Shown here: positions 9,464-16,373 of the stretch, in pieces
Numbering within the stretch: the stretch's first letter is position 1
Layout: every line of letters begins with the position of its first letter
UHGV virus genome: UHGV-1722906
Source: a virus
Length of the DNA: 19,959 nucleotides
Reading direction: 5' to 3' (one strand)
Position numbers and translations under genes: made by a program
Notes under the pieces: model-generated
Told to the model about the DNA's origin: nothing
What the model saw: only the letters and a program-made list of their open reading frames with translations
The model's database searches: none

Positions 9464-9919
9464 TTATATCCTTCCATTCATTTTTATCGGATGACCAGAT
9501 AGCCTTACGCAGTTGAGCTGTAAAGCTCCGGTATCAACTAAATAATCAACTAACATGATTAGAGATTCATATTCAGCCAGATAGCTAACCTGACGCATTC
9601 GACCGCCGTTGTTCTCCAGAATGTCGGCCACCTTTGCAGCCAACTCGCTTAGACAGGAGAACTTATTCCCATATATCGTTTTATACTCGCGCTTCTGGCA
9701 TTCTTCGGCTTGCGGCTGGTTATCGAGAGCTATCAGCGACCGATAACTATCAAGGAAGTCCACAATCTCATTCAGGCACTCTTTGGCTGCCTCATCGTGA
9801 CTTTTTCCGTATGCTTCATGGAGGACTTTCATCCTCATCATTGCTCCGTCACACATAATCGAAAGCGCGTAAAGCACATCACTAATCGCCATTTCTTTTT
9901 TGGTGCTTGTCGAAGGCAT
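9464..9919 (-). CDS. Hypothetical protein (151 aa), function unknown
   Basis: ATG preceded by AAGGAG at good spacing. First gene of a three-gene operon with the two small membrane proteins. Confidence 0.6.
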   Translation of the reverse strand: MPSTSTKKEMAISDVLYALSIMCDGAMMRMKVLHEAYGKSHDEAAKECLNEIVDFLDSYRSLIALDNQPQAEECQKREYKTIYGNKFSCLSELAAKVADILENNGGRMRQVSYLAEYESLIMLVDYLVDTGALQLNCVRLSGHPIKMNGRI

Positions 9920-9944
9920 CCCATGTTCTCCTTTGTCTGGATGT

Positions 9945-9970
9945 AAAAAAGCCCCGGCAATTGCCGAGGC
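9945..9970 (-). terminator. Rho-independent terminator on the minus strand
   Basis: Minus-strand RNA GCCUCGGCAA/UUGCCGGGGC hairpin followed by UUUUUU, just downstream of the 66-aa ORF stop. Confidence 0.5.
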
Positions 9971-9993
9971 TCGTTGTTCGTTATCGTTACGGT

Positions 9994-10194
9994 TTAATGC
10001 TCGCGTCGTCCGGCGACAACTTCGGATTTGTATTTCAGGTCGCCCAGCAAGAATTGCAGTTTAAGCATCTTTGCCGCCGTGTAGTTCCCTGATTCCACAA
10101 CCTCTTTCATGAGGTCATAAACGGCCGCTACATCATCAGCCAGGAACTCTTTGCGTTGCTGCTCAGTCGCACGTTTGAAGGAAATACGCATCAC
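9994..10194 (-). CDS. Hypothetical small protein (66 aa)
   Basis: 4-nt overlap with the upstream 89-aa ORF, terminator immediately downstream. Confidence 0.4.
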   Translation of the reverse strand: MMRISFKRATEQQRKEFLADDVAAVYDLMKEVVESGNYTAAKMLKLQFLLGDLKYKSEVVAGRREH

Positions 10195-10460
10195 TCATCA
10201 TCTCCTGCCGCACATACAACCTCACAAAAAACATCAGCGGAATGTTTCTCCTTGAACGAATGACGCTCAAAACCGCACTCAATATCAGGCGCAAAAACAT
10301 CCACCACATACGGTCTTTCAGAATGTTGGTTTTCCCAACGATAAACCGTAGTGACGTTGAAATGTTTTAACGCTTCACGGAACTCAACGCTGCCCGTCAG
10401 GTTTTTTGAGGTCAGGTATTGCAGGAGGTTTTTTACTACTTCACGGTCTTGTACTTTCAT
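10191..10460 (-). CDS. Hypothetical protein (89 aa)
   Basis: ORF downstream of an AT-rich promoter-like stretch (about 10540-10580), overlapping the next ORF by 4 nt. Confidence 0.5.
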   Translation of the reverse strand: MKVQDREVVKNLLQYLTSKNLTGSVEFREALKHFNVTTVYRWENQHSERPYVVDVFAPDIECGFERHSFKEKHSADVFCEVVCAAGDDE

Positions 10461-10581
10461 CGGGTTATCTCCGGTTTAACCAGGGCGGGTATCGCTCGGT
10501 TTCGGGTATAACCTTAGGAAATTTTTTCCCACCTGTAAAGCATTTTTTATATAAATATATAATTATATAATTCTATGAGCA

Positions 10582-10608
10582 CAAAAAAGCCCCTTTGCAA
10601 CAGGGGCT
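10582..10608 (-). terminator. Rho-independent terminator of the higBA operon
   Basis: Hairpin AGCCCCT-GTTGCAA-AGGGGCT followed by UUUUUU on the minus strand, 16 nt after the higA stop. Confidence 0.6.
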
Positions 10609-10623
10609 TATCATTCGTTCTGA

Positions 10624-10923
10624 TCAGATGTTAAACGCTATTCGTTTTCCTGTGGGAAGCTCAACATCCAGGCTTAATTTGCCTCCCATAGCTTCAACGT
10701 AACGCTTTAATGTCGCCAGCTTTAAATCATTTCCGCGCTGCTCCAGCTTTGTTACTGCTGGCTGGCTTATACCCATCGCCTCAGCAACCTGTTTTTGTGA
10801 TAACTGGAGTTCTTCACGCATCATCTGCAAGCCGACCTCAAGAATCATCTCATCTGCCATTTCTTTAATTCGCGCCTGGCTTTCAGGTGAACGGCTGGCA
10901 ATCACCTCATCTAATGTTCTCAT
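10624..10923 (-). CDS. higA: HigA-type antitoxin (XRE-family HTH)
   Basis: 99-aa ORF with HTH segment LSQKQVAEAMGISQPAVTKLEQ. Lies downstream of, and overlapping by 1 nt, a RelE/ParE-like toxin gene; toxin-first order is the HigBA pattern. Confidence 0.8.
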   Translation of the reverse strand: MRTLDEVIASRSPESQARIKEMADEMILEVGLQMMREELQLSQKQVAEAMGISQPAVTKLEQRGNDLKLATLKRYVEAMGGKLSLDVELPTGKRIAFNI

Positions 10924-11276
10924 TACTTGCTCTCCAGTGTGTTCAGATGTGCTGCAAACTCATCCTCAGCTATACGCACCAGTTTTTCATAAAACCGTTT
11001 ATCGTTACTTTTGTCTCCTGCACAAAGAACGATGGCCCGGCGAATCGGATCGAACGCATAAAAGGCTCTTATCGGACGGCCAGAAAACTGAACGCGAAGC
11101 TCTTTCATATTTTTGTACCGAGAACCTTTTACGGTATCGGCATATGGCCTGGGTAACTCAGGTCCGTAAACCTGTAGCTTTTTCAAATCAGCCAAAACCT
11201 TTTCCTGAAGAGCGTCTTCTTGCTCATTTAGCCAGTCGTCAAATCGCTGGCTAAAAAGTACCGTCCACATGCTCAA
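10923..11276 (-). CDS. higB: HigB-type toxin (RelE/ParE superfamily, addiction-module killer protein)
   Basis: 117-aa ORF (MSMWTVLFSQRFDDWL...LRVQFSGRPIRAFYAF...) resembling the HigB/Gp49-like killer family, encoded upstream of its antitoxin. Confidence 0.75.
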   Translation of the reverse strand: MSMWTVLFSQRFDDWLNEQEDALQEKVLADLKKLQVYGPELPRPYADTVKGSRYKNMKELRVQFSGRPIRAFYAFDPIRRAIVLCAGDKSNDKRFYEKLVRIAEDEFAAHLNTLESK

Positions 11277-11280
11277 TCCT

Positions 11281-11330
11281 ATAACCTGTAGTTTATATCA
11301 CTAACTATATAACCTGTGGGTTATAATTTC
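11281..11330. promoter_or_regulatory. higBA promoter/operator with palindromes
   Basis: Immediately upstream of the higB start: inverted repeat TATAACC-tgtg-GGTTATA at about 11308-11327 and a related copy ATAACCTGTAGTTTAT at 11281-11296. Typical antitoxin operator layout. Confidence 0.5.
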
Positions 11331-11514
11331 AAGAAAAACGGGGCTATTTAACATAATGGACGTTATCGGCACCACCGGATCACCGTTCATTGTCGGATCT
11401 AAAAAATCCGCTCAAAAGATCATGTTTTCCTGGGCGTTTTCCACCGTTTTTTATGTTGCTTATTTGTTAATGAAATCTCGTTTTCAGTTTCGCCTCATTT
11501 TCGACGCGAAAGCC

Positions 11515-11805
11515 CTATTTTTGTGACTTTACTCCTGGCATATGGACTTCCCAGCGACGAATCCCCATAGCTGCGCAAAAATCAGCCACATAATTCAATC
11601 CCGCCCATTCGCGGATACCACCACGGGCTTTTTCAATGAAAACGGCAATCCCTTTTTTATTGAGAGCAAAAAGCCGCCAGCTTTTTGTCACTTCGTCCTG
11701 GGTAGCCACAACACAAGTGAAAGCTCCCATGCGATACAGGTCCAAGAACTCTTTGCGTGTTTTGCGTACAAGTTCCATAACAAACCTCATATTTGCATGT
11801 TTCAA
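11515..11805 (-). CDS. Hypothetical protein (96 aa)
   Basis: ORF overlapping the upstream HTH gene by 4 nt (ATGA). No recognised motif. Confidence 0.5.
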   Translation of the reverse strand: MKHANMRFVMELVRKTRKEFLDLYRMGAFTCVVATQDEVTKSWRLFALNKKGIAVFIEKARGGIREWAGLNYVADFCAAMGIRRWEVHMPGVKSQK

Positions 11806-12101
11806 ACATCTGTTTTGTTATCAATGAAGATTAACCCTAACCCAGCGAAGTAACACAGCAGCGCCCAGGCTGCATACGGAATGCTGGATCTGGATGTGGA
11901 CTCCTTTAACATCTGCCAATTGCGAACATTGCGACTATCTTTTAAGCCAAGTTTTTTGGCCAACTGCGAGCCGCTCATTCCGGTCAGGCCAATGACTGCC
12001 CGAACTTCTCCACATGTAGGAGACTCCCATTCATCCGCTTTTTTTAAACAAGCCGGATTCAACATTTTTAAAACAGTATCTTTATCCATAACCATCTCCA
12101 T
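11802..12101 (-). CDS. HTH DNA-binding protein with C-terminal hydrophobic segment (99 aa)
   Basis: Helix-turn-helix-like stretch LTGMSGSQLAKKLGLKDSRNVRNW and hydrophobic tail IPYAAWALLCYFAGLGLIFI. Palindromic operator upstream. Confidence 0.55.
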   Translation of the reverse strand: MEMVMDKDTVLKMLNPACLKKADEWESPTCGEVRAVIGLTGMSGSQLAKKLGLKDSRNVRNWQMLKESTSRSSIPYAAWALLCYFAGLGLIFIDNKTDV

Positions 12102-12129
12102 TTATTATATCTACGATGGTAGGAAATCT

Positions 12130-12146
12130 TTTCCTATGTGGCAATA
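12130..12146. promoter_or_regulatory. Palindromic operator candidate TAGGAAA-tct-TTTCCTA, with a third TAGGAAA half-site near 12200
   Basis: Perfect 7-bp inverted repeat 29-45 nt upstream of the HTH gene start; likely autoregulatory site. Confidence 0.4.
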
Positions 12147-12479
12147 GAAATTTACTACATTGCGTATAAGACAACTTTTCTATGTCTAATAGGAAATGAT
12201 GTTTCTTACGTTTTATCGCGTTCTGATGGCTACTGTGTGCGTATTTATCGACGTTTATTGATAAGGCTCCCCCTTCCTCCTGCAAAGCCCGGCCGTAGGC
12301 CTTATTTCGTCCTTATATAAATTGATTTTGTATAGTTCGAAACGTGCCGTTTCGAAAAGGATGATCAGGCTACTCCATGCCTCCGGCAAGTGCCGGAGGA
12401 GGTATATTTGAGCGTAGCGACTCGAACCGGCGCGAGCTTTAGCTCGCTGCAAGGGCGAACATATTCACAGGCAAAGCCT

Positions 12480-12731
12480 GCGTAAGTTAAATAAAGAAAG
12501 TTTTAATAAAAGAAAGTGATTTTGCATTTATTTGTTTAGTGCATCTATTATAAAAAACCATTTGCATATACATATCAAAACTGTGGATAACTTGATTAGT
12601 TGATACCTGTAAAGGCGATATTTTTGCTGAGTTCAGGTTTAGAGAAAATTAATTTAGCTTGTTTTTTGAACAGCTATTTTTTTGCGACGTAGATAATCCT
12701 CCGGTAAAACCGGATTCATCATTCAGGTGAG
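12480..12731. other. Candidate plasmid origin (IncFII oriR-like): AT-rich region plus a consensus DnaA box
   Basis: TGTGGATAA (reverse complement of TTATCCACA) at 12582-12590, about 145 bp downstream of the repA stop, next to an AT-rich stretch at 12480-12580. This matches the known repA-then-ori layout of IncFII replicons. Confidence 0.55.
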
Positions 12732-13580
12732 TTAATGTTGGAGTGATTTCCAGGTCTTTCTTAGCCTGTTATAACGCTGCTCAACGAGGGATCGTAAATA
12801 TGCAAGGTCAGCACCAGGATACATGCCATCAGCAAATTCCTGGCTAACCTCTCTAGTGATTTGATGACGAAGTTCGGCCTCTCCCTTTTCCTGAACAAGA
12901 CGCGCAGCTCTCTCCGCTGCTTTCTGTTTTGCCTTTATCTCTCTGGCCGTCTTCCTCTGACGCCATACATTCTCCATCTGCTCCTGAATAACAATACGCT
13001 TATAATCAGCCTCCGTTATCGCTTTTTTAAGCCGTTCGCTATTCTTCGCATTGAAGTAATTAAGTTTCTGGCTAACCGCACGTCTCCATGCTTGTTCAGT
13101 AATACCAACGGTTTCCAGCAGTTGATCACGAATCTCTATTTTCGCTGGCCAATACTGTTTATTCACCCGATCCCAGCGACGTTCATAATCAATAAAACCT
13201 AACGCTTTCAGTTGCGACAACGCCCTTGTACAGCGCGTTATAGACTTGTTCCCAGCTTCGGATACGGTAGACAGGCCGCAAAAATCAGCCAACGCCTCAG
13301 CACTAGCCAGAACCCGCTTAGAAATGATGTTTACATGGTGCAAAATCGCAGCGATCACAGCATTAATCGCCCGACGACGATGCTCGTTTATCCGGCGCTT
13401 CCGCTCTGACGGTTGATTAACGTAGAACGCAACCTCACACGTAAGATCACGCCCATTAATGCGCTGTAAAGCATCAGATAACACCAGCGGCAGCTTGTGC
13501 GTATGGTGCTTTGGAGGCTGGAACTCCGGCGACAAATTACAAACGTAAGCTGAACGTAGAGACGGCATTGGTCTATCCAT
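12732..13580 (-). CDS. repA: Plasmid replication initiator RepA (IncFII RepA1 family)
   Basis: From the ATG at 13580 (MDRPMPSLRS...) the protein is 283 aa and aligns by eye with R100/R1 RepA1 as I recall it, with RRRAINAVIAAI at the same residue positions as RRRAIDALLQGL and SITRCTRALSQLKALGFIDY against SITRATRALTFLSELGLITY. The track ORF extends to 13709, but those 43 extra codons overlie a terminator hairpin and are probably leader, not protein. Confidence 0.85.
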   Translation of the reverse strand: MDRPMPSLRSAYVCNLSPEFQPPKHHTHKLPLVLSDALQRINGRDLTCEVAFYVNQPSERKRRINEHRRRAINAVIAAILHHVNIISKRVLASAEALADFCGLSTVSEAGNKSITRCTRALSQLKALGFIDYERRWDRVNKQYWPAKIEIRDQLLETVGITEQAWRRAVSQKLNYFNAKNSERLKKAITEADYKRIVIQEQMENVWRQRKTAREIKAKQKAAERAARLVQEKGEAELRHQITREVSQEFADGMYPGADLAYLRSLVEQRYNRLRKTWKSLQH

Positions 13581-13589
13581 ATGTTCGCT

Positions 13590-13702
13590 CTTGCGTCCAC
13601 GGAAAACCAACGTATAATGGGAGTTGTCGAGGCGCCCATGGTTAATTGTTGGTTTTCCGTGGATGTCGCAAGAAGCCCGCAGATTTATCTGCGGGCTTTT
13701 TG
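13590..13702 (+). ncRNA. Candidate CopA-like antisense (countertranscript) RNA over the repA leader
   Basis: Plus-strand promoter-like TTGCGT-16-TATAAT (about 13591-13618), a long imperfect inverted repeat (13598-13615 with 13646-13663), and a perfect terminator hairpin AGCCCGCAG-ATTTA-CTGCGGGCT plus TTTTT (13674-13702). It is antisense to the repA 5' region and nothing on the plus strand is coding here. Confidence 0.4.
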
Positions 13703-13890
13703 TTTCCATATCTGGTCACTTTCCAACCAGACACCCACAATCATAACCACGTTACGTGGTTTTAAGAGAACTCTACCACAACACTTTCGGTCATGCACGA
13801 AGTCTCTCACTGATCGAACGATAATCCACCAGTAAAAGGATCTAAATTGGATCTCGTTTTGCGAGCATCATACTACTGGCCTAACTCCAG

Positions 13891-14445
13891 TCAATGATTC
13901 CCAGCCGGAAACCTGCGGTAAAGCGTGGATAAGGTAACATCGAAGATAATCGCTATCCGCTTACGTGAAACACCATTCGCAATAAGCCTTCCGATCTGTT
14001 CCCATTGCTCTGGTGCCAGCTTTGAGCGACGTCCTCCTATCCTGCCGTTAGCCCTTGCCACCGCCAATCCTGCACGCGTTCTTTCAATCATATTTTCCCG
14101 CTCCATCTCTGCGACTGCACTCAGCATCGTGTAGGCAAAGCGGCCAATTGAAGTGCTAATTTTTATCCCTTCCGTAATCGAAATAAACTCAATGTTGTTT
14201 GATAAAAAATGGTTAAGTAAATCAACAAGATGAATCAGAGAACGCCCCATTCGGTCCAGCTTCCAGACAATAACCGTATCGCCCGGCCGTAGCACCTTAA
14301 GTAGCTTATCAAGCCCTGGCCGTTTTGATTTAGCACCGGATATTTTATCTTCAAAAATCCGGTCACATCCTGAACTCCTGAGCGCCTCCAGTTGTAATTC
14401 CAAATTCTGGTCAAAAGTTGACACCCTCGCATAACCATATTGCAT
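13891..14445 (-). CDS. pin: DNA invertase, serine recombinase of the Pin/Gin/Hin/Cin family
   Basis: 184-aa ORF with N-terminal catalytic motif GYARVSTFDQ and a C-terminal HTH (IAIIFDVTLSTLYRRFP) like the Hin/Pin DNA-binding domain. Sits next to inverted tail-fibre cassettes. Confidence 0.9.
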   Translation of the reverse strand: MQYGYARVSTFDQNLELQLEALRSSGCDRIFEDKISGAKSKRPGLDKLLKVLRPGDTVIVWKLDRMGRSLIHLVDLLNHFLSNNIEFISITEGIKISTSIGRFAYTMLSAVAEMERENMIERTRAGLAVARANGRIGGRRSKLAPEQWEQIGRLIANGVSRKRIAIIFDVTLSTLYRRFPAGNH

Positions 14446-14510
14446 ACTTTCTAAACCGCGATTGTTGCTAAAAGCGGGAAAAAATATCGTTCAGACGACA
14501 CAGAGGCAAT

Positions 14511-14536
14511 TCGCAAAAACCTCGGTTTGCAGGAAA
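14511..14536. other. gix/pix-like 26-bp site A (extra site between pin and the functional left site)
   Basis: Reverse complement reads TTCCTGCAAACC-GA-GGTTTTTGCGAA. Its left half and inner flank are identical to the right site and the start of the expressed variable segment. Core is 49 bp from site B, so out of frame with it. Confidence 0.5.
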
Positions 14537-14558
14537 CGGTAAATCAGGCTTGCCGCCG

Positions 14559-14584
14559 TTATCGAATACCTCGGTTTACGAGAA
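14559..14584. other. Left crossover site B at the start of the silent Sv' cassette
   Basis: Reverse complement reads TTCTCGTAAACC-GA-GGTATTCGATAA; the outer half and about 21 bp of flank (encoding AAVIEY) are identical to the constant side of site R. Confidence 0.65.
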
Positions 14585-15280
14585 CTCGGCACAAGCGGGG
14601 AAAAAATACCGTTACTCAGTACGGCGAATACCTGGACCAATCGACAAACATTCAGTGGTGGCCTTTCTGGGGAACTGTCCGGCAATGCCGCTACTGCAAC
14701 AAAGCTGAAAACAGCACGAAAAATTGCTGGAGTTGGTTTTGATGGTTCTAGCGATATTTCAATTAGTGCCAAAAATGTCAATGCATTTGCACTCCGACAA
14801 ACAGGTAATACTGTTAATGGTGATACTTCCGTTGGATGGAATTGGGATAGTGGTGCATATAACGCCATGATTGGTGGCGCATCTGCATTAATTCTTCACT
14901 TTAATATAAATGCTGGTAGCTGTCCTGCCGTACAATTCCGTGTGAATTATAAAAATGGTGGCATTTCCTACAGGTCAGCTCGTGATGGTTATGGATTTGA
15001 ATTAGGTTGGTCAGATTTCTATACCACGACACGAAAACCATCAGCGGGAGATGTTGGCGCATATACTAAAGCGGAATGTAATTCACGTTTTATTACAGGT
15101 GTTCGTTTAGGAGGCCTGTCATCTGTTCAAACATGGAATGGGCCTGGTTGGTCTGATAAGTCAGGTTATGTCGTTACGGGTTCAGTTAACGGAAACCGTG
15201 ATGAATTAATTGATACAACTCAGGCAAGGCCAATTCAGTATTGCATCAATGGAACGTGGTATAACGCGGGGAGTATTTAA
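14561..15280 (+). CDS. Alternative tail-fibre C-terminal cassette (Sv'-like); promoterless, no start codon, expressed only after inversion
   Basis: Frame open from site B to the stop at 15280 per the track frame (track ORF 14867..15280 is its first in-frame ATG). Translates to ...LGLRELGTSGEKIPLLSTANTW...HFNINAGSCPAVQFRVNYKNGG...IQYCINGTWYNAGSI, a typical side-tail-fibre C-terminal domain. Confidence 0.75.
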   Translation: MEYLGLRELGTSGEKIPLLSTANTWTNRQTFSGGLSGELSGNAATATKLKTARKIAGVGFDGSSDISISAKNVNAFALRQTGNTVNGDTSVGWNWDSGAYNAMIGGASALILHFNINAGSCPAVQFRVNYKNGGISYRSARDGYGFELGWSDFYTTTRKPSAGDVGAYTKAECNSRFITGVRLGGLSSVQTWNGPGWSDKSGYVVTGSVNGNRDELIDTTQARPIQYCINGTWYNAGSI

Positions 15281-15282
15281 TT

Positions 15283-15816
15283 ATGATGCACTTAAAAAAT
15301 ATTACTGCTGGCAACCCTAAAACAAAAGAGCAATACCAGCTAACGAAACAATTTAACATCAAATGGCTTTATTCAGAGGATGGAAAAAACTGGTATGAGG
15401 AACAAAAGAATTTCCAGCCAGACACTTTGAAAATGGTCTATGACCATAACGGCGTTATTATTTGTATTGAAAAGGATGTTTCAGCAATTAATCCGGAAGG
15501 CGCAAGCGTCGTTGAATTACCTGATATTACAGCAAATCGCCGTGCTGACATTTCGGGTAAATGGATGTTCAAAGATGGCGTAGTGGTAAGGCGAACTTAT
15601 ACCGAGGAAGAGCAGAGGCAGCAGGCGGAAAATGAAAAGCAAAGCCTGCTACAGCTCGTCAGGGATAAAACCCAACTATGGGACTCACAGCTACGGCTGG
15701 GCATCATTTCCGACGAGAATAAACAAAAATTAACAGAGTGGATGCTCTTTGCGCAGAAAGTCGAATCTACAGACACTTCCAGCCTGCCAGTAACGTTTCC
15801 CGAACAACCAGAATGA
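15283..15816 (+). CDS. tfa: Tail-fibre assembly protein, alternative copy (Tfa') for the silent cassette
   Basis: 177-aa ORF; N-terminus MMHLKNITAGNPKTKEQYQLTK...[13 protein letters not shown] is homologous to the opposite-strand tfa. Confidence 0.85.
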   Translation: MMHLKNITAGNPKTKEQYQLTKQFNIKWLYSEDGKNWYEEQKNFQPDTLKMVYDHNGVIICIEKDVSAINPEGASVVELPDITANRRADISGKWMFKDGVVVRRTYTEEEQRQQAENEKQSLLQLVRDKTQLWDSQLRLGIISDENKQKLTEWMLFAQKVESTDTSSLPVTFPEQPE

Positions 15817-15820
15817 GAGA

Positions 15821-15848
15821 AGGCCCGATATCGGGCCTTAATTTTTAC
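15821..15848 (+). terminator. Palindromic terminator between the convergent tfa genes
   Basis: Perfect palindrome AGGCCCGATATCGGGCCT followed by TTAATTTTTA on the plus strand. Confidence 0.55.
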
Positions 15849-16372
15849 TCTGGTTTTTGTGGCCATTCCGGCTTTGCCGTATCCACGCGGCTGACCAGAA
15901 CGCTGTAGCGTTCCCAGGCTTCCAGTCGTGTACGTTCCTCATCTGTTGCCATATTCAGCCTGACAGCGCGCTCCAGTGGCTGAATAACGCTTTCCGCTTC
16001 GGAAAGTAACGCGGCCTTTTGTGATTCGGCCTGTTGTTGCTGCTCGTCTGCCGTATAAATCCGTTTAACTACAGATCCGTCCTTAAACATCCACTTACCG
16101 GAATCATCGGCCCGACGATTGGCTGTTATATCGGGGACCTCAACGACGCTAAAACCTTCAGGGTTAAGCGTGGAGGCATCTTTAGTTATGGCAACAATAA
16201 TATTATGTTCATCGTAAACAATCTTTATTGTGTCTTCCTGAAAATTCTTTACCTCTTCATACCAGTTTTTTCCGTCTTCGGACCACAACCAGATAACGTC
16301 AAAATTCTTTGTTAATTCGTACTGTTCCAGTGTTTTAGCGTTACCAGCTTTAATGTTCTTTAAGTGCATCAT
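15845..16372 (-). CDS. tfa: Tail-fibre assembly protein (Tfa) for the currently expressed fibre
   Basis: 175-aa ORF 1 nt downstream of the tail-fibre stop, with the conserved Tfa N-terminus [22 protein letters not shown]. Confidence 0.85.
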   Translation of the reverse strand: MMHLKNIKAGNAKTLEQYELTKNFDVIWLWSEDGKNWYEEVKNFQEDTIKIVYDEHNIIVAITKDASTLNPEGFSVVEVPDITANRRADDSGKWMFKDGSVVKRIYTADEQQQQAESQKAALLSEAESVIQPLERAVRLNMATDEERTRLEAWERYSVLVSRVDTAKPEWPQKPE

Positions 16373-16373
16373 A

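Noticed and set aside
12415-12435. Minus-strand GGTTCGAGTC, resembling a tRNA T-loop
   Set aside because: Flanking bases do not form a T-stem or acceptor stem; it is part of the hairpin cluster instead.
13581-13709. 43-codon N-terminal extension of repA in the ORF track
   Set aside because: Alignment with RepA1 starts at the internal ATG (13580). The extension overlies a terminator hairpin and long stem-loop, so it is more likely leader RNA or a leader peptide.
14527-14742. 71-aa plus-strand ORF starting with TTG
   Set aside because: Its first eight codons duplicate the tail-fibre junction (LQETVNQA) at site A and the rest is Arg/Cys-rich nonsense. It is a by-product of the duplicated site, not a gene.
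14491-14868. 125-aa minus-strand ORF
   Set aside because: Antisense to the clearly homologous Sv' cassette and crossover sites; no start context and low-complexity composition.
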